A stretch of DNA of 64,000 bases from Bugula neritina (lineage: Eukaryota; Animalia; Bryozoa). Positions 41,401-55,721 of the stretch are shown piece by piece (position 1 is the stretch's first letter; every line of letters begins with the position of its first letter). The notes beneath the pieces were generated by a model, which was not told the origin of the DNA, did not search any database, and worked only from the letters and a program-made list of their open reading frames with translations. The stretch covers positions 1,798,001 to 1,862,000 of the forward strand of contig OZ037769.1 of assembly GCA_964035545.1 (NCBI GenBank), read 5' to 3'. The translations under genes and the position numbers were made by a program.

Positions 41401-44400
41401 CTACCCTCCCCCGTGTTATACCAGGTCCGGCCCCCGCCTCCACCAGCTACGACGAAGAAGAGACACTCAGTTTTAAGCCGGTTGGTGTGAACACCTTAGA
41501 GAGTGGAAACGGTGAGTTGGAGCCCAGGCTAGGCAACAAGCTGAGCTCTTTATATAACATATTCTACAGGGAAGGGAAATAGTTAGTGTGGACCCCAGTC
41601 TAACATAGCTCCAAGCTCTAACTAATTGTCATGTAAAGTGGAGATTCTGGGTTGTAATCTAGCCTTTGCTCTGTAAATATTCCCTAATTGTGGGCTTATG
41701 AATAGTTTCTCCCTACTAACATCATGCTTATGGAAACTTGGCTTACTCCAGCAAACCTATCAGTAGAGTTATTACAGATTAATGTCCATTCAAAGCACTT
41801 CCGAGGTACCAACTAACTCAATCCAAAGGGTGTCCATCTTTTCTATTCCCACTTCCTTTTGCAGGTCAAACTTTCGTCAACACAAACACAATGAGAAGTG
41901 GATCTGAGAGCCGAGTGCTGGGTGCTGGCATACCGAATGGCGTTGGAGGGGGCATAGGAGGAGGTATTGGAGGAGGGGGCGTAGGAGGAGGTGTAGGAGG
42001 GGGTGTGAGTAACCACTACACTGGCACTATGAGAAGTCAGCCACATTCACGTGAGTTTAACACTCCCTTTATATCCGCCACTTTTGATAGGTTCGCTGTT
42101 TTGTCACCACTTCTGATTTTAGATTTCCTGGCCACATGTGATAGAGTTGCTCTTGCTGCACCACAAGTGATAATAGTCCTGTTTTGTTTTTGTTTTAAAA
42201 TGTGTTATGAAAGTGAATATCATAAGATTTTGCTGTTGTTGCACTTTTTAGCTGTGATATTTAGGATGAAAATCGACTTGTGGTGTTACTCCTATACTTT
42301 TGTTTGTAATTTACATTTCAGTAGTATACTATGTAATGTGAAAGTGTCAGTAGTGTATTATGTAATGTAGGGGAGAATTATTCACTTGTTTGTCTTGGTC
42401 TCTTATTCTAGTACTCAAAGTAGATGAAAATGATGACGTTTTTGGTAAAGTTGATTCACTAAAATAATACAATGTTTTGTTTGCTCAGTTTTATATTTTA
42501 TATAACATAATGCTAACACTGTATCTCATTTCTGCACAGCTCTAAGTTCTTCTGTATCAGTACCTTCTTGTTCTCTTTTTATTGTCTTCTCTCTCCTTTA
42601 TAGATACTTTACTCCATGTTTTATTTGATTCACACTTTTCCAATATGCCTAGTTTCTTCCATTTGCCTAGTTTCTCTCTTCCCATCTTTATCTCGACGAA
42701 CACGTGTAGACTATCACATGACTTACAGCTACCCTACTTACTGATACTACTGCATCGTGGGAAGGAATCCTGTAAATATTATTTCATATCAACTCATTGA
42801 TATTTCAACATTTAGCCTCATTTTTACTACTCCCTTATTTTACTCTCAGCAATGTCGGAGGGCTCTGTCTACCCCTCCGTCTTCTCGCCAGCCCCCGTCT
42901 CACACCATCAGGCTATGTCACCTGGTGGGTGGAGGTCACCATCTCAAGGTCAAGGTAGATACCGAGTGGCTCCCTCTAGTGGATGAATATCCCCTCGTAG
43001 TAGTTGGTATACTTTCGAGTAACATTTTCAGTGACTAGCCAACTGGGTTGACTTCTGACGAATACTGACATTGTCTCCTTTACCGATGCATGAATGCTGA
43101 AACTCTATGAAACTCTCCACCATTGTGGTGATGTCACTTGATGTTTGTGTCTGTATGTTGTGTATGATGTTCCTGTAATACGTCTCAGCATCAGTTCCCT
43201 AAGTGTCAAGAGTCTGCGTTCCCTAAACTACATAAGATCTGGGGCTATGTTTCCTGTTGTGGTGTCACACGTCTGCTGTAGTCCTCACTGTTTCCTGTCC
43301 TTGTCCTCACTCTATGTCTTTTACTTTAGCCTCATTATCCTTGAGACAATTGCGTCAGGCGTCCGGGCAGGGTCACAATATCCTTGGCCGGTCACACGAG
43401 AACTTGGTTACCTCACCGCGTCTCTCCCATCACCACCAGTTCCTTGGCAGAACTCAGAGAAAGGAACCGCTAAGGCGCTACGCTAGTGCTAACAATCTAC
43501 CTTTCGGTAATGCAGCTTCACAGCCAAATATTCAGTATCGGGGCGGGTCTGCCGCCAACCTAGCCTCGACAACGCCAGTTCTAAGGATCTCTGGTGATTT
43601 CGAAGACATGTGGAGTAGGCATAACGCTGGTTTCCAACATAGGCCGGTGTACGGTCGAGGTACTAGCCGTAGTATGCATGTGGTGTTAGCCTCTGTGTAT
43701 TCATCACCTGTGTCTCCCGTGACCCCTTCCTATTTGTTGTGTTTAGGTTACTTAGTCTACTGTTCTATGAGTTTCGAATGACCTTGAACTAACACTGGAT
43801 GAACACACTGGTACTACTATGCATGAAATTAATTACACTGCCTATTGGTTTCCGGAAGCTAGATATATAGAGTAGTTGTGTTCCCTTTGTTGTATCCGAG
43901 ACCTCCAGTAGCTGGGGTGTATTCTTCAGTTAGTAGTGTCGATGTACAGCTAGTTCTATGTTTTCCGCGTCGAGTATTGCCGTATGCCACTGACCTCTAC
44001 TAACCATGACACATGACATACCCTCATTGTCTGCTTCTTACACTGATCTCTACAGCCAGTGTTGTGACGATTCTTTTCTCAGAATAATACTATGTTAATG
44101 CTGAGTAGTGCTACGGAGAGAGGCTAAAGCTTTCACCAATCACAAACCCTACAAGAAGTGCACCGAATAGCTGCTCCTAACTTGTTTTGCCGTTGATTGA
44201 ATGAAATACTAATTATAATTTCTGCATCATCATGACCTATTGGTTTCTGTTGCAGTTTCTATCTAATTTTGTGTTTAACTTATTATTTCTCACATGCAAT
44301 ATTTAGATGCTACCAATACTGTCCTTGCGTATAATAGAAAATCAATGTTCCGTGAGTACAATTATATGTGTCACTGTATATTTTTATTTACTAAACAATG

Positions 44401-47400
44401 TTACAGAGTATGGAATGTCTACGAGTTTAGGGCCGCAGCGAGTTGTCTCAGAGAAGCACATGCAGGAGTCATACTCGTCTCACGGACAGCATATGGGTGG
44501 GACTAGTCCAATGGCGACTTATAATCAGTAAGTTGAGTCAGCACCAATCAGTTTATCTCTTGACTTTAGTACAATGAGTCACTGTGAATCAGTTTACTAG
44601 TAGTAGCCTATAATGAGTCACAGTAAGTCAGTCTGCTATTAGTAGAATGAGTCACAGTGAGTCAGTCTGCTATTAGTAGAATGAGTCACTGTGAGTCAGT
44701 TTACTAGTAGTATGCTGAGTCACTTTGAATCAGTTTACTAGTAGTACAATAACTCACAGTGACTCATTGTACTAGTGGTATGATGACTCACCTCATTGCT
44801 TGTGTAGTGAGACTTTGTTTCTGTAGTATTGCAATATAGCTTTACTTAGTTATATCTGTTGGACTAATGAGTCTAACGAGTTGCTATTAATAAATGTTTG
44901 AATGTTAAAGACCTCAAGATACTCACTATTTACTATTTATACACTTAGAAATTACTTTATTTGGGATGATTGCTTTGTTGCTGTTTGTTATTTGCAATTC
45001 ATTTTTACAAACTTAGTTGTGAGATTTTGCCAGTAGCAAGTTAGACTAACTTCACTGATCCAAATAATTACTGACTAATACTCACTGTATAGTACTACTC
45101 AGTGTATAGTACTACTCAGTGTATAGTACTACTCAGTATATAGTACTACTCAGTATATAATACTACTCAGTGTATAGTACTACTCAGTGTATAGTACTAC
45201 TCAGTATATAGTACTACTCAGTGTATAGTACTATTCAGTATATAGTACTACTCAGCGTGCCAATATGTAACGGCTTTTGGTTGTGAAAAGTAGATAAATC
45301 AATGGAAATAATAATTTCTAGCATTTGGCAAGTTTCTCATTTAGTTTGCAGCTCCTAACTTTAGTTTTTGTTCGTTTTTGTTTGCATGCGTCACATGATT
45401 GGCTGGTGTATTGCTTGAGTAGAGAACTCTAACCAGTAGATGTTTATGCAGGGGTGTAATCCATGACGGCAGGGGTGTAATCCATGACGGTAGTGGTGTA
45501 GCCGTCGGGTCACACCAGGGTACTATGGGTACTAATACCGCTGCTAGTCAAAGGTACGGATACACAACCTCACACAGCTATAACTCTGGCCTAAGTCACG
45601 CTGATCACGGCAACGTCCTGCCCCCCAACCAAACTCTTCACGTGAACACAGGCCATGCGCACGGCGGCCACTCGTCCGCCAGCCAACATGGGTGAGTTTT
45701 AGGGGAGGGGTTTACGACACACAAACTGCTCCGTAGTTCCTACAAGCTCTATATGCTTGTACATAACTTGGCAGTCTTTTACTAAGATGTGCAGGTCTTA
45801 GAATACCAGAATTATTATCAACACAAATTCTCTTGAGTTTTATTTACAATTTGATCATCTCTTAACAATCAACTTGATATTCCTCACTTCAGAGTAGAGT
45901 AGTTGCTGATCAGTGACTGTGACTATGTGTTAAACTGAATAACTCCCAGTGAATCAGTTATTTTCAGTGAGTTAGTACTGATTTTCAGAGAGTCAATAGT
46001 CACCAGTCGTACTGAAACTGAGCTGTTCATGTAGGAATACCCTCTCATGTTATAGTGTAGTGCATTTACTAATTTATTACTAGATTTGCCTTCTTTTAAA
46101 GCTAGCAACTAAAATGCATCTCTTACTTGCTTCTAGAAAAAAATTATTTTGCAGTTATTTTTATTTTAATGTGTTTCTACAAACTGGTGTGCGGCTTTAT
46201 TCATTATTTTGATCAGCTTATATGAAAGTGTTTTGTAGTAGTGTCTACCTAACAGTTAACCAACTGTGTAAGTTGGCACACTTATGTGTCCAATCAGCCC
46301 CCAATCACAATCATGTTTACTTAGATGAAACATCCATTGTTTATGGCTTAGTTATTATTTATAGCACTTTACATCCCTATCCCAGCCATATGGAAATTAT
46401 ATTTTATGTTATAAATGGGTGAAACATATGCTATGAACAATCAATTTTAAAATAATTCTTTTATTGATTTTATTACTTGTGCTTATTTTACTCAACCTAC
46501 TATATACATGACATATATATACCGTGACATATATACATGACATATATATACCCGTGACATATATACATGACATATATATACCGTGACATATATACGTGAC
46601 ATATATATACCGTGACATATATACATGACATATATATACCGTGACATATATACCACGTCCTACTCTTCTTGTAGACACGTACAGTTCTCCAACGGACACG
46701 CTGCCGACCACTTAGGTATGCAAGATCTTCATAATCAGTCAGTAGCAGTTCAAAGGGTAAACGCGGCAGCCTACGGGGGCGTGGCTAGTGCTGGCTACTC
46801 TCATGGTATGACCTCCTCTGCGGCAGCCACTGGTAGTAGATATAATCTGTATAACGCTGCTCCTCTCTCTCCCGTCGCTGCTAGTTTTCACGGCAGCATG
46901 CTGCCGACTCAGACTGGACCACCCAGTGTCTACCACGGGGTATCCTACGGCTCCAGAAGAGGCAGCATGCAAAGTCTTGTCGCTGCTTCTGGTATGTGTC
47001 TGTCTGTTCTTACTCTGCTTCCTTTTCCTGTCACATGTTTACGTTCAGGTGTCTGTTGATAATTGCACTGTGTAACTCATTTCTTCAGTTCAACACTTTA
47101 ATAAGAGTTTCTCAACACTTTATTGTCTGGAGTTTTCTTTTCAATTTAACTCTTTGAGACAAAAGTCAAAATATTGCTTGCATCATTTCCGCAAGGAACT
47201 CATATATTCAGTTTAGGCTAAAATTTATGTTTTTTGTTTTTGATGCTAAACTCAGGGTTTAACTATTTCATTCTAAAATGAAAATGCATGAGAAGATAAT
47301 CCTATATAACTAACTGCATGCGGTATTCAGGCTTGCTCCAACTAACAGCTCGCTCTCGAACAGGTTTAATAAAACTCTACGGTGCTCCGCTCTCTTTACT

Positions 47401-50400
47401 TCCTGTTTGTACTAACTGCCACCAATTCCGCTCATCTAATGCTCAGCGCGTTGGTCTGCTGCTTGAGGCCTGAGTTCTTAGTCTGATGATCCTATGTGTA
47501 TCATCGCACTAGCTGCACCACCCCACCACCTTTCAAGGCTGATTCTATAAATTTATCTGTTATCACCTGCTACTGCACTGGTAAGACTACTTATTAACTA
47601 ATATATACCGTCTTAGTCCTAGAATACAGTCCTATAGTTGAGTACACCTGCATGGTAAGGCATGAACATGTACTAACTGGTGGTAGGAAGGGTTTCCATA
47701 CCCACCCGTACTAGGAATACAACTGCTGTTCACCAAGTCTTTTTAACCAATTGTTGATTTTATACTCTCAACTAATGTTATTGTTGTTATAACCACCTGA
47801 GTTTGAAGTTAACCAACATCGCGTGTGTGGAGTTATCTTTCCACAAGTCTTGATTCTACTAGGAATATAATTGGAATATTTTAGAGGTATTTGGTTCTGA
47901 GAACAACCATGTGACGGCAAAGTTTGTGAAAGACACATCAAAGTACTGGTACAAGCCGGCAATCTCCAGAGAGGATGGTGCGTGTGAAATATGTTCCACA
48001 CAATTCTAGAGTTTTCCGTTCTTGAAGTGTTTAGAAAATATGCAATTATTAGCGAATCAAAAGCTAAGTTTGTGCAGTGTTTTATGTCCCTATTGTTGCA
48101 GTCATTAACCAGCTGAAGGGAACTGTGCCCGGCACTTTCATCGTAAGAGATAGTAGCAGTTTTCCCGGAGCATTTGGTCTAGCAGTGAGGGTGGGTCAGT
48201 TACCAGCCAACATACAAGTCAAGCCCGGAAGTGACCTCGCAGCCGAACATGTCAGGTTTTACCTCATTGAGCCAACAGCCAAGGGCGTCAAACTGAAAGG
48301 CTGCAGTAACGAGCCCGTATTCGGTGAGTTGTGAGACAAAATGCTCTCCCGAGTACCCAACTGTGATTACTTCCTGCTAATTTATTGGAGGGATTTTAAC
48401 AATTTCACTGAAACATTGTAAAAAGCTAATTTACTCCAATAATTCTAGCAACTTTACTGAATTATTGTAAAAGAGAAAAAAAAACACAAAGTCTTACTTT
48501 CCCGCATGTGGAATATGACATCATAGTTGTATTAGTCACCATGTTGAAGTATTTATTATATTTTGTTACAGCAAGTCTAGCTGCTCTAATATATCAGCAT
48601 ACAATCACACCTCTGGCTCTTCCATGTAAACTACTTCTCCCTGATCCAGGTACAGGCTCTATGTTGACACATTATACTCTATGTTGATACGTTATACTCT
48701 ATGTTGATACATTATACTCTACGCTGACACATTATGCTTTATGTTGATACATTATACTTTATGTTGATACATTATGTTCTATGCTGACACATTATACTCT
48801 ATGCTGACACATTATACTCTATGCTGACACATTATACTCTATATTGATACATTATGCTCTATGCTGACACATTATACTCTATGTTGACACATTATACTCT
48901 ATGTTGATATTTTATGCTCTATGTTGATACATTATACTCTATGCTGATACATTATACTCTATGTTGATACATTATACTCTATGTTGATACATTATACTTT
49001 ATGTTCATTTACTTGATTTACTAAATATATGAAATTAGTTTGCATATCCTAGAATTTTGATGAATAAATTATTTATTGAGTATTTAAATCCAAACTCTGC
49101 AATTGATACAGTTATCCATGCACGTGACAAACTGTATAAAACATAACTATAATATCAAGATCATGTTGTAAGAACATGCTATGAGTCTTCTGTTAGTATT
49201 GATGTAACAACACTGATTGTAGACCGCGTCAACTCGTTCAACATGGTGGGAGGAATTGACCAGGTGGATGGCTCGTTGAGTAGTCCCGGGATGAATGGTG
49301 ATGTCACCAGCTCGGCCAGCGAACTCCTCAAACATGGAGCTGGTAAGATGGCAGTATGCTTATGCTTTTCAGAATGTATTATTTTAGGGCCTCCATTTTA
49401 AAAGAATTTTTAATTTTGTATTCTCTTTTTATGAGTAACTTTTGAAGTTGTTGAGCCTTAAAACCACAATCAGAAAGACTATTTACTTTCAATATAACCT
49501 TAAAATGTAATTTATTTACCTGCGTCTAAGAGCTTGTATTTACCTGCGTCTTAAAACTTGTTTGCTGACTTTCAGCTTGCAGCGTAGTTTATCTGAACAA
49601 CGTGGACACAGAGTCGTTGACTGGGCCCCAGGCGGTATCTAAAGCTGTTCAGCAAACATTTACTAAAGGCCTGCTTGACACAACTGTGGCCACCTTCAAG
49701 GTGTCTAATGATGGTATCACAGTGACTGACACTAACCACAGGTGAGTCATAGCAACTGACACCAGCTGCAGGTGAGTGAGTCCATAACTCTTTTGTTGTG
49801 GTACCATTACTGTTGTATACCTTAAGATTGGTGCTTCTCACATATTTGTCTGTAAATATTCCATATGATAGGGCATTGTGTATCAACAATGTTAAAATAA
49901 AGATTCATACCAATATGTTTTGCAACATTGATATTGTAGAGCAAATTGAAAACGCTAGAATCTTCTTACAGGTTGTTCTTCAGGCAGCATTTCCCCCGAG
50001 ACAGCGTGTCATTCTGTGGAATAGATCCGGCTGACAGAAGGTTTACCCAGACCCTTGACAATGGAATGAATATAAAGGAGGCTCGGTATGTGTATGATGA
50101 TGTAATAGTCTGTAACCTTGCCTCTGCTGCGTAGGTGTTTCACTCTTTAGTCACTGCTGCGTAGGTGTTTCACTCTTTAGCCTCTGCTGCTCAAGGTGTT
50201 TCCCAATAGATGGTTTTGGTTGATAGTCGTTTATACTAAATGTTAGTTGTTATAGAAATTGACCATATTTTTTGTAATTTTTGTAGTATATATTTTTTCA
50301 TAAACATAACAATAAACATCATAATAAAATATAAGATCAAACTGAAAATCGAACTCAGTAGTTCGATAGGACAAGTGCTGTTTTGAATTCTTGAAAAAGA

Positions 50401-50674
50401 TTTATTAGTTTTCTTCTCATTTTATTCAAAAGTTCAAATTTCGCTGACATCTTGTAAAAGCATTATTTTTATAAAGTTGTAGTTTTAGCGTCTCTAAATG
50501 ACTTTCTAGACAGGTTTTGTTGTACGTTTGACCTTGACATATTGTAGATTGTTTGGGTTTGTCGCTAAGAAGAAGAAAGGCGGCAACCATTGCTTGCTGT
50601 TTGCCGAGATGGACCCTGAGCAGCCCGCTACCGCTGTCGTCAATTTCGTTACTAAAGTTATGATGAACAAATGA
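17447..50674 (+). CDS. TNS: Tensin (PTEN-like phosphatase domain, C2, disordered middle region, SH2, PTB)
   Basis: Phase-consistent exons: 17447-17612 (LTYITERLI); 18024-18121; 18351-18589 (HCKGSIDR); 19195-19278 (PSQAR); 20086-20259; 21812-22011 (GDIMVK); 28363-28428; 29185-29271 (WNSYADFN); 31465-31620 (GPLEDSLY); 32413-32778; 34900-35129; 36346-36622 ([10 protein letters not shown]); 37309-37452; 38876-38929; 39543-39607; 40738-40846; 41398-41511; 41865-42050; possibly 42412-42444; 42850-42924 or 42954; 43330-43659; 44407-44527; 45452-45691; 46675-46991; SH2 47885-47977 ([12 protein letters not shown]), 48102-48323 (FIVRDS), 48572-48649 ([14 protein letters not shown]); PTB 49223-49342, 49576-49741 (ESLTGPQA), 49972-50085, 50548-50674 ([22 protein letters not shown], stop). 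Exon choice in the middle region is less certain. Confidence 0.95.
17698..17795. repeat. ~36-nt tandem repeat x3 in tensin intron 1
   Basis: tgaaccagtggtggagt...ttgtgaatatac repeated. Confidence 0.75.
20231..20335 (+). repeat. Perfect 35-nt tandem repeat x3 spanning an exon end and 5' splice site
   Basis: atgaaacctgtatacacatctcacgtgct|gtaagt occurs three times. Confidence 0.95.
22025..22117. repeat. 21-nt tandem repeat x4 (attggtcactttatctcgc core)
   Basis: Seen directly; starts 14 nt after the donor at 22012. Confidence 0.85.
22881..23152. repeat. Homopyrimidine/homopurine (CCCT)n tract
   Basis: About 270 nt almost entirely C/T. It explains ORFs 22836, 22869 and 22876. Confidence 0.95.
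23375..23462. repeat. 20-nt tandem repeat x4 (ctctcatagcactatattct)
   Basis: Seen directly. Confidence 0.85.
25950..26100. repeat. ~39-nt tandem repeat x4 (ccctctcttacaactcttccactcctagct)
   Basis: Seen directly. Confidence 0.85.
29293..29466. repeat. (CT)n microsatellite
   Basis: Seen directly, just after the donor at 29272. Confidence 0.95.
31113..31343. repeat. 21-nt minisatellite x~11 (ctgtatcactgtactaccctc)
   Basis: Seen directly; it produces the PSCITVL repeat ORF. Confidence 0.95.
32875..33115. repeat. 16-nt (tgtagtctcactcacc) and 30-nt tandem repeats
   Basis: Two adjacent arrays seen directly. Confidence 0.75.
35127..35216 (+). repeat. 35-nt tandem repeat x2.5 starting at a tensin 5' splice site
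   Basis: aag|gtgggtcaaggtgggggagtatcaccattcat repeated. Confidence 0.9.
36030..36207. repeat. 30-nt tandem repeat x~6 (tggttctgattggtggttgctttgtctc)
   Basis: Seen directly. Confidence 0.85.
36624..37003. repeat. (GTCT/GT)n microsatellite (36624-36756) and 24-nt repeat x5 (36866-37003)
   Basis: Seen directly. Confidence 0.9.
39160..39487. repeat. (AGT)n degenerate trinucleotide repeat
   Basis: Seen directly. Confidence 0.9.
40834..41142 (+). repeat. 28-33-nt minisatellite x~10, each unit carrying a CAG|GTGAGT-type donor
   Basis: Unit caggtgagtagtgtgtgggaggatgacagagta. The first copy is the real donor of exon 40738-40846. Confidence 0.95.
44534..44790. promoter_or_regulatory. ~34-nt degenerate repeat carrying 10 perfect AP-1 (TGASTCA) motifs
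   Basis: TGAGTCA/TGACTCA at 44534, 44575, 44614, 44648, 44658, 44682, 44692, 44716, 44760 and 44784. A regulatory function is inference. Confidence 0.45.
45078..45256. repeat. 16-nt minisatellite x~11 (gtatagtactactcag)
   Basis: Seen directly. Confidence 0.9.
46500..46653. repeat. AT-rich tandem repeat (tgacatatatatac variants)
   Basis: Seen directly, just before acceptor 46674. Confidence 0.85.
48657..49005. repeat. 20-nt minisatellite x~17 (atgttgatacattatactct)
   Basis: Seen directly; starts 8 nt after donor 48650. Confidence 0.95.
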
Positions 50675-51519
50675 GGTCTTCACCTTCGTGGGCGCACTTC
50701 CTGTGATGGGAGTGTGAGAATGTGCACAATACAGGGAATTCTGGGTAGACCGTAGCTTGTTAGTAAAGGCTGCGGTTGCTGTATTTTATTTGCTGCTAGC
50801 TAATATCTTGACAACTGAACATAGTGGTTTGTATTTGCTGTATATTTCATGTGTTTTGAGAATCGTAATGGTGCTTGATTTGTTTATATACTATTATGTC
50901 CTGGAAAAACCACAGACCTTGTAGTTTGTCAAATCCTAACTTCAAATTATATTTTCTAATACTTTTGTTTTGCTGTGTCATTTATGAATTGTATTCGCTA
51001 ATCACGTGTTACTCTTTTGCTAAGTGGTCCTGAAAATTTTCTCTATTTATTATAAGTATTTATAAGAATTGTATTTTAACTCATAACTACATATATACTA
51101 TGGTTGGCTTATCTTACCGTAGAAGTTGTCATTTCATGCATGATACCTGGGTGCACAACTTCCAATCAACTGGTAATCAAAACTAAACTTTGGTCTACAA
51201 TAATTATTGTTTTTCTATGAAAGTATAATTATTGTATTCAATCACTAATTAATAGAATCTCTCATAACTTAGAAATTTACCTGATAATTGGTTTGTCTCC
51301 TCATGTTACGTAACTAAGTGGAAACGTATTAGCTATCTGTATGGTGTGTTGAAGGAGCGAGGAGAAGATAACTTTGATGCTGTAAGTTGAACTCGCTGTT
51401 AACATTGCAAGCAGCTCCTTTCTACCTTATGATACCTTATTATACTCTGTGACTTGCATTGCTTTATATTTCTTCATAATAATATTTATAGATGAGTTGT
51501 TTATCTCTAATTTTTATAC

Positions 51520-51525
51520 AATAAA
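51520..51525 (+). terminator. Probable tensin polyadenylation signal AATAAA
   Basis: AATAAA about 850 nt after the stop codon, followed by T/GT-rich sequence (tttgtcagttgtctttctttt). Confidence 0.55.
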
Positions 51526-51634
51526 CTGTTTATATACAATTTTGTCAGTTGTCTTTCTTTTACGTTAATTGTTTCATGGATTGATGTCTCATAAGGCTGC
51601 ACTTTATAGTCTATAAACTTGATTCAAATTAAGA

Positions 51635-51682
51635 TGCTTGAGATGAAGTTTTGGGTTTTGATCCAAAACTTCATCTCAAGCA
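51635..51682. repeat. Perfect 20-bp inverted repeat with an 8-nt loop
   Basis: tgcttgagatgaagttttgg-gttttgat-ccaaaacttcatctcaagca. Confidence 0.9.
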
Positions 51683-52673
51683 CCTGTTCTAACCTTTCAA
51701 CTTCTAGTATGACACATTAACTAGCCTGGTGAAGTAATATACTACATATATATGTATCTATACAATGCATACTGGCAACATTGAATAACTGCTATATTCT
51801 TGCAAGAGTTATGTGCTCTGTATTACCCAAAAAATACTATTCTAGTGTTATAGATATGTCTATTTTAATTAATTAATTAATTTAATTAATTAAAATATCA
51901 TTCTTTCAAATACTGAGTTAAATATATACACTTTTTCTATTTGCAGTCCCATTATGATCATAATTAGGCATTGTTTACACTTGTGCTTTCACAAACTATA
52001 TACCTAATACACTGCATGCTTCGGGTAATGATTCAAATAAAGATCTAGGATCAAGTGTGCCAGCATTGTTTTCCTGTTACTATTTATGAAAAATAGCATA
52101 ATTATAATATAATATTGTATTAATAAGTGATTCAAGCTGAAAGTTCATGTCAAAGCACTATATGTCTGGCAAATTATTGTCTGCAAAACATATCTGGGCA
52201 AAACCTAAGCTAGCATTCTCAATGGTCTATACTCTATAACTACTATAAAATGCACACAAAAATAAATTAGTGGTGTTTAATATCACATATCACATATAAT
52301 ATACAGCTCGAAGCTCAAAAAAGAAAAATTTTGAAATGTTTGGCTCTTGTTATAATGGCATGCCATTTTATTTGGATCTGCTTGGATTTACATTATGCTG
52401 CCCATCCCCTCATTTTTTGATTCAGAATTGTTATAGTGGTTGTAATTACTCAAACACGCATATAAAATATGCATATAAGTTTTTGCATAATAAATATTAT
52501 GATTTAGAAGCGTAGTAAGATATTAAATACATGTATAATAAAACATAATGCATTTTAAATCTTAAACGATAATTTATAGATGGTCTGAAAAAAAAAGAAA
52601 AGAAAGGATTTTTCGTGAATGGAGTTGTCTTAACAATTTATCTAGCGCTTGACATAACTCGATGCGCACGCTT

Positions 52674-52720
52674 TGTGACGTAAAAAACTCCTTACCGCCA
52701 TCCGCCATTTTCCTTCCAAT
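52674..52720 (+). promoter_or_regulatory. SRSF10 proximal promoter motifs (CRE-like TGACGT, YY1-like CCGCCATTTT, CCAAT)
   Basis: The motifs cluster 70-120 nt upstream of the ATG in a CpG-containing patch. Confidence 0.45.
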
Positions 52721-52790
52721 GAGTCGGTAAAACATCCGCGTTTTAGTACACACTTGTATTTCTTCAACCATTGCTCACGGGAGAAAAGAA

Positions 52791-55326
<2,536 letters not shown>

Positions 55327-55721
55327 TGCGCCAGTTGGACAGTCTATTGACAATATCTTAGCAAAAAGCTGTTTGAGTTCACATGACTTGAGCGTTACCA
55401 CATCTATTGTAAATTTGAATGTATATAGTCAACAATATTATATTATCTCCACACTGAAACCTCGCGTTATTCCTTGGAAGCTGATGAGACTTTTATGGTG
55501 TAAAATCTGTATAGAAGGCGATTGTTATTAAACCAGCAAATAAATTAATAACTGATTTTGCCCAAAAATGCATATGTATTGTATAATATAAATATTGTAT
55601 TACAAAAAACTATTTACAAAATAAATACATCACATTTACACTGTAAAGATCATTATGGAAAACACAACTGACTGCAGGAAACTGTAATAAATATATGCGA
55701 TGATTGTCAGTTATTTCAAGG

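Noticed and set aside
47511-47580. Extra tensin exon before the SH2 domain
   Set aside because: Contains an in-frame stop in the required phase-1 frame.
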